The notes under the pieces are model-generated. The model was not told where the DNA came from. It saw nothing but the letters and a program-made list of their open reading frames with translations, and did no database searches. A DNA stretch of 64,000 bases from an uncultured Pseudomonadota bacterium (GTDB lineage Bacteria > Pseudomonadota > Alphaproteobacteria > Acetobacterales > Acetobacteraceae). Position numbers and translations under genes: made by a program. The stretch spans positions 600,326 to 664,325 of the forward strand of contig CAWCHQ010000003.1 in assembly GCA_963795415.1 (NCBI GenBank), read 5' to 3'. The number at the start of each line of letters is the position of its first letter. The first letter of the stretch is position 1. Shown here in pieces: positions 28,870 to 37,940 of this stretch.

Positions 28870-30246
28870 CTAGCTTTCGGTAATCTTCGAGAAGATCTGC
28901 CCCATGCGCTTGAACGCCTTATCGACGGCCGCGGTCGGCGTCATGCCGTTTTTGACGACGTCGGCGACGGTGCCTTGCTGGAGCTGCTCGGCGGCGACCT
29001 GGCCCCATGCGGGGGTGAAGCCCTCCCACGGGGGCAGGGTCGGTCCCAGGACGCATTCCTTGACGTAGGGGGCGCGGTGTGGGTCGGATGAATTGAGCCA
29101 CCAGGGGTCATCTTTCACAACCTGGGGTATTGCGGGCACCCAGCGGCCGAGGCCGGCCTTGAGGTTAGCGTTCATAACCTTTGGCTGCATCCAGTATTTC
29201 ATCAGGTCCTTGGCGACTTCGGCGCCTTTGGCTCCTTTGGGGATGAAGCCGCCGCCGACGCCGACCTGGTTGGGGATGCCTGTGCCGTCGGCAAATTTGG
29301 GCATGCCGAGCGTTACGGCGTTATTGTAGTCTTCCTTGTTGGCGATCATGGCCAGTTCGGTCGAGAGCGTGCCGTCGAAGTCGGCGACAAAGAGTTTTTC
29401 GTGGAAGCCGTTGTTATCGTCGGCGTCGGACCAGCTGAGCGCTTCCGGCGGGACGACGCCGGCTTTGTACGCATCGGAAAGGAAAGTTGTTGATTTGATC
29501 GCAGCTTCGCGGACCTGCGGATCATCCGTATGCAGCTTGCCGTCGGGCGTTACGATGCCCTTGCCGCCATGTGCGATGACGAAGTGCTGGTAGAGGTTGT
29601 TACCGTCGTTGGGACCGACGGTGGTGACCTGCAGGCCGACGGCGTAGACGCGTCGCATGCCCTTGGCGCGGAGGATCTTCTGCATGGGCTTGAAGAAATC
29701 CCATCGACCGTCCCAGGTGTCGGGGATGTCCGAGACTTTGAAGCCAGCCTTTTCAACGACGTCTCCCCAAATGTGGAAGGGCGTGCCGCCCTGCTTGATT
29801 GGGCAGAGATAGTAACTGCGCTTTTTGGCAACCTTGTTAAAGAAGGTGGAGCCGAGTTTTGCGGTGTCGCTGAGCTGGCTTTCATATGGCGTGACGACGT
29901 CGGTCACATCGATGAATTTATCGTCCCAGGCGTTCTGAGCGATGATGGTTGCCGGTGCGTCCATGAAGATCAGATCAGGCACATCGCCGCTGGTCAGGGC
30001 GGAAATGGTCTTCTGGTTCTGTGCGAGGAACGGCATGATGCTGTAGTCGAGCTTATTGCCGCTGGCCTTCATGTAGTCGGCCGCGAGTTGTTTGAAGGCG
30101 GCATCCTCTTGCGGGATGAATCCCTGGTTGACCCAGACGGTGGCGGTTTTTGCCTGGGCGTTGGCAATATAAGGACGGGCCAGGGCGGCTGCGGCCACCA
30201 CGGACGCTGACCCGCGAATCACAGAACGCCGGCTGACTTGCGCCAT
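28870..30246 (-). CDS. ABC transporter extracellular solute-binding protein (sugar family 1) with Tat-type leader
   Basis: 458 aa with leader MAQVSRRSVIRGSASVVAAAALARPYIANAQA. First gene of the operon. Confidence 0.85.
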   Translation of the reverse strand: MAQVSRRSVIRGSASVVAAAALARPYIANAQAKTATVWVNQGFIPQEDAAFKQLAADYMKASGNKLDYSIMPFLAQNQKTISALTSGDVPDLIFMDAPATIIAQNAWDDKFIDVTDVVTPYESQLSDTAKLGSTFFNKVAKKRSYYLCPIKQGGTPFHIWGDVVEKAGFKVSDIPDTWDGRWDFFKPMQKILRAKGMRRVYAVGLQVTTVGPNDGNNLYQHFVIAHGGKGIVTPDGKLHTDDPQVREAAIKSTTFLSDAYKAGVVPPEALSWSDADDNNGFHEKLFVADFDGTLSTELAMIANKEDYNNAVTLGMPKFADGTGIPNQVGVGGGFIPKGAKGAEVAKDLMKYWMQPKVMNANLKAGLGRWVPAIPQVVKDDPWWLNSSDPHRAPYVKECVLGPTLPPWEGFTPAWGQVAAEQLQQGTVADVVKNGMTPTAAVDKAFKRMGQIFSKITES

Positions 30247-30415
30247 AGCCGATTCTCCTTCCCTGTAGAGCCGGTGCTGAGTTGCCCGGAATTTTGAGCG
30301 ATTTCTTTGGGGATGAGCTTGCCCGGTCCATATCGGGCCGTCAACTGGTTCCCAGCCGGTTTGCGAGAGACACGGCTGACTGGCCTCCGCGGCGCGCGTG
30401 GGTTACACCAATGCC

Positions 30416-30441
30416 GGAGTGTCTGCTGCAGGAGTGTCTGC
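30416..30441 (+). repeat. Direct repeat GGAGTGTCTGC-TGCA-GGAGTGTCTGC upstream of scoA
   Basis: Read directly, 24-49 bp upstream of the scoA ATG. Shares the octamer AGTGTCTG with the 21467-21505 repeats. Confidence 0.8.
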
Positions 30442-30464
30442 GCCGCGACGGAGGATCGTTCAGC

Positions 30465-31149
30465 ATGATAAACAAGATCGTCCGCTCCATGGCGGAGGCG
30501 ATGGAGGGCATTCAGGACGGCGCGACGGGTACTTATCGGCGGGTTCGGCGCGGTCGGCCAGCCCAATGCGCTGATCGATGGTTTGATAGAGCAGGGGGCG
30601 AAGGAGCTGACGGTCGCGTGCAACAATGCGGGCGTTGGACGGGTGGGACTGGCGCGACTGATGGATCTCGGGCGGGTACGAAAGATCATTTGCTCATTTC
30701 CGCGATCTTCCGATCCGGTGGTGTTTGAAACGTTATATCGCGCGGGAAAGATCGAGCTGGAAATCGTTCCGCAGGGAACGCTGGCGGAGCGGATGCGCGC
30801 GGCGGGGGCGGGTGTGCCGTTGTTCTTCACGGCGACGGGCGCCGGGACGAAGATGGCCGTGGGGAAGGAGACGCGGGAGATCGGCGGGGGCACCTATGTG
30901 GCCGAACAGGCTTTGCCGGGTGACGTTGCGCTGGTGGAGGCGTGGGAGGCGGATCGCTGGGGCAATCTGACGTTCCGGGAATCCGGCCGGAACTTCAACC
31001 CGGTGATGGCGATGGCGGCCAAGCTGACGATCGTGCAGACCCAGCATATAAGGGAGCTGGGAGAGATCGATCCCGACCACGTTCACACGCCGGGCATTTT
31101 CGTAAACCGGGTGCTGCATGTGCCGTATGGCGATCCCTCGGGTTTTTGA
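30465..31149 (+). pseudogene. scoA: 3-oxoacid CoA-transferase subunit A, one frame break at GGG 30527-30529
   Basis: MINKIVRSMAEAMEGIQDGAT (frame 30465), then VLIGGFGAVGQPNALIDGLIEQGAKELTV... (frame of ORF 30583..31149). One fewer G joins the two. Confidence 0.85.
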
Positions 31150-31166
31150 AGAACAGGAGCGTTTAG

Positions 31167-31832
31167 ATGCGCGACACGAACCCTCCGGTGATGAAGCCGC
31201 TGAGCCGCACCGAAATGGCCGCGCGGGTGGCGCGTGACATTCCGGAGGGCTGGTATGTGAATCTCGGGATCGGCATGCCGACGGCAGTAGCGGATTACGT
31301 GCCGCTGGACCGGGAGGTGATTTTCCATTCCGAGAACGGTGTGCTCGGGATGGGGCCTGCGCCCGAGAAGGACAAGGTCGATCCGTGGCTGATCAATGCC
31401 GGAAAGCAATATGTGACGCTGCGGGCCGGCGGGAGCTTCTGTCATCACGCGGACAGTTTTTCGATGATCCGCGGCGGGCATATCGATCTATGCGTGCTGG
31501 GGGCGTTCCAGGTGGCGGAGAACGGCGACCTCGCAAACTGGGCGACGAGCGAGAACGACACGGCGCCGGCGGTGGGTGGAGCGATGGACCTGGCGGCCGG
31601 CGCGAAGCGGCTGTGGGTGATGACGGACCATACCACGAAGGACGGAACGCCGAAACTGGTGCAGCGCTGCTCTTATCCGTTGACCGCGGTGGGGGCGGTG
31701 ACGCGGGTCTATACCAATCTGGCGGTGCTGGACGTGACGGAGCGGGGGTTCGTGGTGATCGATATGGCGCCTGGCATAACGCTGGAGGCGCTGCAGGCGC
31801 GGACCGAAGCGAAGCTGCACCCGCCCGCCTGA
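31167..31832 (+). CDS. scoB: 3-oxoacid CoA-transferase subunit B
   Basis: 221 aa with YVNLGIGMPT, FHSENGVLGMG and GGAMDL. Confidence 0.9.
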   Translation: MRDTNPPVMKPLSRTEMAARVARDIPEGWYVNLGIGMPTAVADYVPLDREVIFHSENGVLGMGPAPEKDKVDPWLINAGKQYVTLRAGGSFCHHADSFSMIRGGHIDLCVLGAFQVAENGDLANWATSENDTAPAVGGAMDLAAGAKRLWVMTDHTTKDGTPKLVQRCSYPLTAVGAVTRVYTNLAVLDVTERGFVVIDMAPGITLEALQARTEAKLHPPA

Positions 31833-31842
31833 TCCCGACACC

Positions 31843-32775
31843 GTGCCAGGTTTGCAGCGCGACCGGATCGACGGTCTGGCCGCTTTCATCCTGATTATCT
31901 GCTGCGTGCTGTGGGGCGTGACGCAGGTTGCGATCAAAGCGTCTGCTATCGGCGGTATTCCGCCCATTCTGCAAGCGGCGCTGCGCTCGGGGGTTGCTGC
32001 CCTGCTGGTCGCCGGCTGGTCGGTGCTGCGAGGGGACGGGCGAGAGCTGGTGGCGCGGGACCGTTCACTGTGGCCTGGGCTGGGGATCGCTGCGCTGTTC
32101 GCGCTGGAGTTCCTGTTTTTGTATCCGGGGATGAAGCTTACGACGGCGTCCCGCGGCGTGGTTCTGCTGTACACGGCGCCGTTCTGGGTGGCTGGCGGGG
32201 CGCATCTTCTGCTGCCGAACGAGCGGCTGCGGCCGCGCCAGGTGCTGGGGCTGATCGCGGCTTTCGCCGGTGTGGGATGTGCGGTGGCCGATGGACTGAC
32301 GGGCGGCGGGGGCGACCTGCGTGGTGATCTGATGGTGGCGATCGCGGCGGCGTTCTGGGGACTTACGACTGTTGCGGTAAAGGCGGATCGGGTGCTGCGG
32401 ACGCTCTCGCCGGCGAAACTGCTGCTGTATCAGCTTGGCGGATCGGCACCGATCCTGTTTGCCTTCGCCGCCTTCAATGGGGAACTGCATGTTCCGGCTG
32501 CGAGCGCAGCGGCGTGGTGGTGGCTGGGGTATCAGACTTTCATTGTGGCGTTTCTCAGTTATCTGATCTGGTTCTGGCTGGTGACGCACTATCCGGCGGG
32601 GCGGCTGGCCTCCTACACGTTTCTGTCGCCACTGTTCGGGATTGCGGCGGGCGTGCTGATCCTAGGCGAGCATGCGTCGGCGGCGCTTGCGCTATCCTTG
32701 GTGTTTGTGGCTGTGGGTATTCGGCTGGTGAACGGGCCGCCGCCGGTGCGTGCGCCTCGGCAGGCAACGGTCTGA
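31843..32775 (+). CDS. DMT superfamily (EamA-like) transporter
   Basis: 310 aa, about ten hydrophobic segments, two EamA-like halves. Confidence 0.75.
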   Translation: MPGLQRDRIDGLAAFILIICCVLWGVTQVAIKASAIGGIPPILQAALRSGVAALLVAGWSVLRGDGRELVARDRSLWPGLGIAALFALEFLFLYPGMKLTTASRGVVLLYTAPFWVAGGAHLLLPNERLRPRQVLGLIAAFAGVGCAVADGLTGGGGDLRGDLMVAIAAAFWGLTTVAVKADRVLRTLSPAKLLLYQLGGSAPILFAFAAFNGELHVPAASAAAWWWLGYQTFIVAFLSYLIWFWLVTHYPAGRLASYTFLSPLFGIAAGVLILGEHASAALALSLVFVAVGIRLVNGPPPVRAPRQATV

Positions 32776-32805
32776 CCAGGCTCGCGCGTAATTGCCGCAC
32801 AAAGC

Positions 32806-33489
32806 TTGCCGAGGGCACCGGCCTGCATGAATCCACCTCATGCAATACAAGAGAAATCATCGTTTGCGATTGGCTTTATCTCCTCTTACCTGCCGGCCCT
32901 CTTGTTGCGACTAATTGAGGACCGTAATGCCGCTCGGGTTGTTTGCTGTGCAACACAGCGCAATAGGCGACCTGCATTCAAGCGCTGGTGGACCCGCGTG
33001 GTGCCTCATTCGATAGAGCGCAGCACCCATGTGCTGTTTGCCAGTCTTGTGCTGCTGTTTCTCCACTGGCAGTGGCGGCCGATGCCCGAGCAGGTCTGGC
33101 TGGTGCATGGATGGATGGCAACAGCACTCGGTGATTTTCTGGTTTGGCTGGATCATGTTAGTGACCAGCACTTTCCTGATCAATCATTTCGAGCTTTTCG
33201 GATTAAGCCAAAGTCTTTGCCCGCATTCTTGGTAACCTTTGCTCTACCGATACACTTGCCATCCGATCTATCTCAGCTTCCTGCTTGCCTTTTGGGCAAC
33301 GCCTTCGATGACGGTCGGGCATTTGCTGTTCTCGGTCGCGACCACAGGTTACATCCTGATCGCCATCCAGCTGGAAGAGCACGAGATGATAAAGATCTTG
33401 GCGATCAGTATCGTCGCTATAGTCAGCATGTGGCCATGCTCATTCCTGTGCCAGGGCGCCGGTTCGTCGATCGACGACTGGACTCTTGA
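32806..33489 (+). pseudogene. ICMT-family membrane methyltransferase (MddA-like), 3 frame breaks plus an in-frame TAA
   Basis: Pieces in two reading frames: LFAVQHSAI / RPAFKRWWTRVVPHSIERSTHVLFASLVLLFLHWQWRP / FWFGWIMLVTSTFLINHFELFGL / [31 protein letters not shown] / [22 protein letters not shown] at 33233-35. Confidence 0.6.
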
Positions 33490-33681
33490 ACACGCCCTGC
33501 TATCGACTTTCTCTGAAAGTCGATACGCCGCCTGGTATGAGTTCGCCACCGGCTTCGCCGACCCGCCGTGGATGAAACCTGAGCCGCCGCGGCGAGCGGC
33601 TGGCCTGGATCGCCACGGCGCTTTGCGCCTCGCGATGACGGCACGGGCCCCCCTCGGTCTCCATCGAGCCGGTTTCTGTTT

Positions 33682-33746
33682 AGTATCCGATTCACGCGAC
33701 GAAGCGTGCGCGCTTCGCAACTCACGCTTCCCTGCAATCGGATACT
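33682..33746 (+). repeat. REP family B copy (65 bp, termini AGTATCCGATTCACG ... CGGATACT)
   Basis: Second copy at 57832-57896 has the same length and termini. Confidence 0.8.
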
Positions 33747-33866
33747 ACGTTGGTTTGGCGAGACCAACGACGAAAATGTTGGCTGAATTTCAGGCTGCGC
33801 CGAGCGATCCCGGGGTCGAGATTGCCTGGGCCCTTTGGGCTCAGTCAGCAATCGATGCCGCGGGTA

Positions 33867-34355
33867 TCAGTCTTTTTCGTCGGGCGCAGCCTCGGCGTTG
33901 AGCAACACATAACGTTCAATCCCGATCTGCTTGATCAGATCGAACTGGCGTTCGAGAAAATCGACATGCTCCTCCTCGCTCTCCAGGATCTGGAGCAGCA
34001 GGTCGCGGGAGACAAAATCCCGCACGCTCTCGCAATAGGCGATACCTTCCCTCAGATCTCCAAGGGCCTCTTCTTCCAAAGCCTGATCCGATTTCAGGAT
34101 CTGCTCGACGTCTTCTCCCACCTGGATCGGGTTGAGCCGCTGCACGTTCGGCAATCCATCGAGAAAGAGGATGCGTTGGATCAGCATGTCAGCGTGCTTC
34201 ATTTCGTCGACGGACTCGTCATATTCACGCTTGCCGAGCCTGGTTACGCCCCAGTGCTCCAAGGTGCGGGCGTGCAGGAAGTACTGATTGATGGCAGTGA
34301 GCTCGTTGGTGAGCTGCGTATTCAGATGTTCGATCACCTTTGCGTCGCGCAGCAT
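33867..34355 (-). CDS. bfr: Bacterioferritin
   Basis: Start at [43 protein letters not shown] and [11 protein letters not shown] ferroxidase residues. Confidence 0.9.
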   Translation of the reverse strand: MLRDAKVIEHLNTQLTNELTAINQYFLHARTLEHWGVTRLGKREYDESVDEMKHADMLIQRILFLDGLPNVQRLNPIQVGEDVEQILKSDQALEEEALGDLREGIAYCESVRDFVSRDLLLQILESEEEHVDFLERQFDLIKQIGIERYVLLNAEAAPDEKD

Positions 34356-34427
34356 GATTTTCCCCGCTGTCTGATCCGAGGGGTGACCTTCCTCCGCGTG
34401 CCACAAGCTCGCAAGTGGCCCGGTCGA

Positions 34428-34622
34428 TCAATCCGTAGGCAGCAGCTCCGGCATTGCACAGGCCTCGCCGCGCAGCAGGGCCACGAGCGCCTTGACGCAT
34501 TGGCCGCACTGGGCGCGACAGCCGCAAGCGGCGTAAACGCTGCTCGGCTTGTTCGAACCGGCGGTGCCGGCGGCCTGCTTCACCTGGCGATCGGTCAGCG
34601 CGTTACAGAGGCAGACATACAC
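34428..34622 (-). CDS. bfd: Bacterioferritin-associated ferredoxin (2Fe-2S)
   Basis: 64 aa, MYVCLCNALTDRQV...ACGCRAQCGQC. Confidence 0.85.
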   Translation of the reverse strand: MYVCLCNALTDRQVKQAAGTAGSNKPSSVYAACGCRAQCGQCVKALVALLRGEACAMPELLPTD

Positions 34623-34694
34623 GGGGGATCGGATTCCTTACTTGGCGGGCTTCAGCCCCGCCACGGCGTCTTATAGCCGGCCTGGTTCCCCTGA

Positions 34695-34715
34695 AGATGC
34701 GACTTAATCGCATCT
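34695..34715. promoter_or_regulatory. 21-bp palindrome AGATGCGA-CTTAA-TCGCATCT; candidate iron-regulator operator for bfd-bfr
   Basis: Perfect 8-bp arms read directly, about 75 bp upstream of the bfd start. GAT...ATC 9-1-9 geometry like a Fur box. Confidence 0.35.
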
Positions 34716-34823
34716 CTGCCAAGCCTGTATTTTATGGCAGCCTGTTTCATTCCTGAGACCGCGTCAGGGAAAGCACGGCGGGAGGCTTTCCGGGCCCCGG
34801 AAGCGGGTGAATGGAGATGTGGT

Positions 34824-36252
34824 ATGGCTGCGCGCATGGATCAGCAGGATCGGGCTTTGCGCCTGCCCTCGGTTGATGCGGTGTTACGCGCGCCAGAAGG
34901 GGTCGCCCTGATCGCGCGGTTTGGCAGGCCTGCCACGCTCGAAGCGGTTCGCAAGGAACTGGCCGGGCGCCGGGCAGAGCGGCGGAATGCTACTGCGCAG
35001 TCGGTGCTTGACGCTGCGGCGGACCGGCTTGCGGCGCATTTTGCCGCTTCTCAGAGGGCGGTTTTCAATCTTACCGGGACGGTGCTGCACACCAATCTGG
35101 GGCGCGCGCCGTTGCCGCCGGAAGCCGCCGCGGCGGCGGCAGAGGCGCTGTGCAGTGCAACGACGCTCGAGTTCGATCTCGAGACAGGGCGGCGTGGTGA
35201 GCGCGACGACCACATAAGCGGCTTGCTGACGGAGATCACCGGGGCGGAGGCCGCAACGGTCGTAAACAACAACGCGGCGGCTGTGCTGCTGGCGCTGAAC
35301 ACACTGGCGCTGGGAAAGGAGGTCGTGGTTTCACGCGGCGAGCTGATCGAGATTGGCGGCTCTTTCCGCATTCCGGAGATCATGGCGCGTGCGGGGGCTC
35401 GTCTGCGGGAGGTTGGTACCGACCAACCGAACGCGTCCGAGCGACTTCGAGGCGGCGATCGGGCCCGAGACGGCCGCGGTGATGCGCGTACATCAATCAA
35501 ATTATGCGATTGTCGGCTTCGCCGCAGCCGTGTCTCGGGCCGAGCAGGGGCGGATTGCGCACGGGGCCGGGTTGCCGTTCATCGAAGATCTGGGCAGCGG
35601 GAGCCTGGTTGATCTGAGCGGGTGGAACCTGCCGCACGAACCGACACCGCAGGAGTCGCTGCAGGCGGGCGCTGATCTGGTTACATTTTCCGGGGATAAA
35701 TTACTGGGCGGCCCGCAGGCCGGGCTGATCGTGGGTAAAAAGGAGTTGATTGCCCAGCTTAGCCGGAATCCTCTGAAGCGGGCGCTGCGGCTGGATAAGG
35801 GCCGGCTCGCCGCGCTCGAGCATGTCATGCGGCTGTATCTGAATCCCGACTGCCTGAGTGATCGTCTGCCGGCGCTGCGGCTTCTGACGCGACGACCGGA
35901 GGCGATCAGGCAGTCGGCTGAAGCTCTTGCCGCGGTGTTGGCTGAGGTGCTGACCGGTGCGGCGGTAACGGTGGAAAGCTGCCGGAGCCAGATCGGCTCG
36001 GGTGCGCTTCCCGTGGATCTTTTGCCGTCATGGGCGGTGGCAGTGTCCTGCAAGGAGCTGGAATGGCTTGGGCGGCGGCTGCGCCGGCTCGAGCGGCCGG
36101 TTATTGGCCGTATCGGCGAGGGCCGTCTGTGGCTGGATTGCCGGTGTCTGGAAGCGGTGGATCTGGGATCGTTGCTAGCGGAGATACGCAGGGCCGACTG
36201 GGGGGCGGACTGGCAGGCGGACTGGCAGGCGGACTGGCAGCGGGCGGGTTAG
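34824..36252 (+). pseudogene. selA: L-seryl-tRNA(Sec) selenium transferase, one frame break near 35421
   Basis: ORF 34734..35612 ([60 protein letters not shown]) plus ORF 35353..36252 ([26 protein letters not shown]..). An extra G lies between ACC and ACCAAC. Confidence 0.85.
36193..36240 (+). repeat. 12-bp tandem repeat GCGGACTGGCAG x3 (plus one degenerate unit) at the selA 3' end
   Basis: Encodes [16 protein letters not shown] just before the stop. Confidence 0.9.
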
Positions 36253-36269
36253 CAATTTAGATTTTGCGT

Positions 36270-36362
36270 GGAGGAGAAGCGGTCCCGGTGGGCCGGCCGG
36301 CCTTCAAAGCCGGTTGGGGCCGCCACGCGGCCTTGGGCAGGTTCAACTCCTGCTCTCTTCCG
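36270..36362 (+). tRNA. selC: tRNA-Sec (anticodon UCA at 36304-36306)
   Basis: 93 nt, GGAGGAGAAGCGGTCCCGGTGGGCCGGCCGGCCTTCAAAGCCGGTTGGGGCCGCCACGCGGCCTTGGGCAGGTTCAACTCCTGCTCTCTTCCG. 8-bp acceptor stem, CUUCAAA anticodon loop, long extra arm. Near-collinear with E. coli selC and lies 18 bp after selA. Confidence 0.9.
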
Positions 36363-36390
36363 CCGGTTGAGAGCAAAGGTCTTAAGTTTT

Positions 36391-36427
36391 GACCCCTCCC
36401 CTTGCCCCCTCCCGCAAGGGGAGGGGG
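36391..36427. repeat. REP family C copy (hairpin CCCCCTCCC-GCAA-GGGGAGGGGG preceded by TTTGACCCCTCCCC)
   Basis: Same TTTGACCCCTCCCGCAAGGGGAGGGGGAT core at 39176-39203, and a degenerate copy at 59143-59167. Confidence 0.85.
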
Positions 36428-36436
36428 TTTCCGGGG

Positions 36437-36523
36437 CTCTGGCGTTCCGCCTCGCGCGATCCTGCGCGGGTTTTGGGCGCAGGATTCACGCGCTCTGGCG
36501 TTCCGCCTCGCGCGATCCTGCGC
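36437..36523 (+). repeat. 31-bp direct repeat CTCTGGCGTTCCGCCTCGCGCGATCCTGCGC x2, separated by a spacer containing the inverse GCGCAGGAT
   Basis: Copies at 36437-36467 and 36493-36523 are identical. The GATCCTGCGC/GCGCAGGAT pair can form a hairpin. Confidence 0.9.
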
Positions 36524-36705
36524 CATGTGGCGGGCGCGCCTGTGGTCTGTTGCGCATCTGCCACATACCGGGCTGAATTGTCGCACCCCTCTCGTTTTAG
36601 CTCGCTTACGCAGCTATGGTTTGAATCAGCGACGAACCCGCACGCGGTGTTTGCGCCCCACTCGACCCTGCGCCGACGGCGCGGACGACAACGAGGAGAG
36701 AACGG

Positions 36706-37845
36706 ATGAAGCTTCGGAGCGCGCTCCTGGCTGCCACGGCAATGGCGATGCCTGTTGCGGCCCATGCGCAGTTGGTGCCGAACATCAACCTGAGTGGCTT
36801 CTACATCAGCGCCGGCGCCGGTGCTAACTGGCTGATGCCGCAGAACATCACCGGATTCGGCACTCCGGGGCCGAGCGGGATTGTTATCGGTAGCAACGCC
36901 CAGGCAAAGTCGAACCCCGGCCCGGTTGCTGTCGGCGCGCTGGGGTATCTGCTTCCGTTTGGCCTGGCTCTCGAGCTGGAAGGCGACTATCGCTATAACA
37001 GCTTCAGTGGAGCCCGAAATAGCCGGTTCCCGACCAATATCGGCGGGCAGGGAGCAAAAATACGGCCCGATGGTCAATCTGCGGTATGACCTTTCGCCGT
37101 ACTTTGCCGGTTTGGGATTACCCATTCCAATTGCTCCGTATATCGGCATCGGTGCGGGTTATCAGTGGGACCACTATCGGAATTCTGAAGGGGGCGGCCC
37201 GCCCGGGACGCCGTCCTTCACGACTTCCGGTAATGAAACCAAAGGAGCGTTCGCCTATCAGGCGATACTTGGGACGATACTTCCGATCCAGACGATACCT
37301 GGTCTAGCCCTGACCTTGAATACAGGTTTATGGGACAGACAGACAGGAGCATCCCGATCACGGTAACTGCTCCCAGCGGTGCCACGTTCGGTTCCAGCCT
37401 GAAGTTCGGCAACGAGTTTAACCATGCCGTGCTTGTCGGCTTCCGCTACACCTTCGGCGTAACACCGCCTCCGCCGCCTGCTCCGGCTCCGGTCGCGGCG
37501 CCTGCACCGGCTCCGGCGCGGTCGTACCTGGTGTTCTTCGATTGGGACAAGGCGACGCTGACCGACCGTGCGCGCCAGATCATCCGCGAGGCTGCGGATG
37601 CCTCGACCCACGTGCAGTACACGGCGATCGAGGTCAACGGCTACACGGATACATCGGGAACGCCGAAGTACAACATGGGGCTGTCGATCCGGCGTGCGCA
37701 GGCAGTGGCCGCCGAACTGGTGCGCGACGGGGTGCCGCGGAACGTCATCTCGATCCACGGATTTGGTGAGACGCACCTGTCGGTACCGACCGGTCCTGGC
37801 GTGCGTGAGCCGCAGAACCGCCGCGTCGAGATTATTATTCGCTGA
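36706..37845 (+). pseudogene. Porin-like beta-barrel + OmpA C-terminal domain outer membrane protein, 2 frame breaks
   Basis: Spans ORFs 36706..37089, 36881..37366 and 37330..37845. Collinear with the intact paralog at 37941. Breaks at GGG 37050-52 and about 37318. C-terminus [33 protein letters not shown]. Confidence 0.85.
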
Positions 37846-37874
37846 TTGCGGCCGACGGCCTGACCAGCCGCTTG

Positions 37875-37906
37875 ACGGGGCGCCGCAAGGCGCCCCGTTG
37901 TGCTTT
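37875..37906 (+). terminator. Rho-independent terminator after the first ompA-like gene
   Basis: ACGGGGCGCC-GCAA-GGCGCCCCGT 10-bp stem followed by TGTGCTTTAATG. Confidence 0.6.
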
Positions 37907-37940
37907 AATGTTGTCTCCTGGGCCAGGAGCTAACGCCGTT

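Noticed and set aside
15168-36523. CRISPR array
   Set aside because: The only tandem repeats are 12-13-bp microsatellites and a 31-bp pair with a 25-bp spacer. There is no repeat-spacer periodicity and no cas genes.
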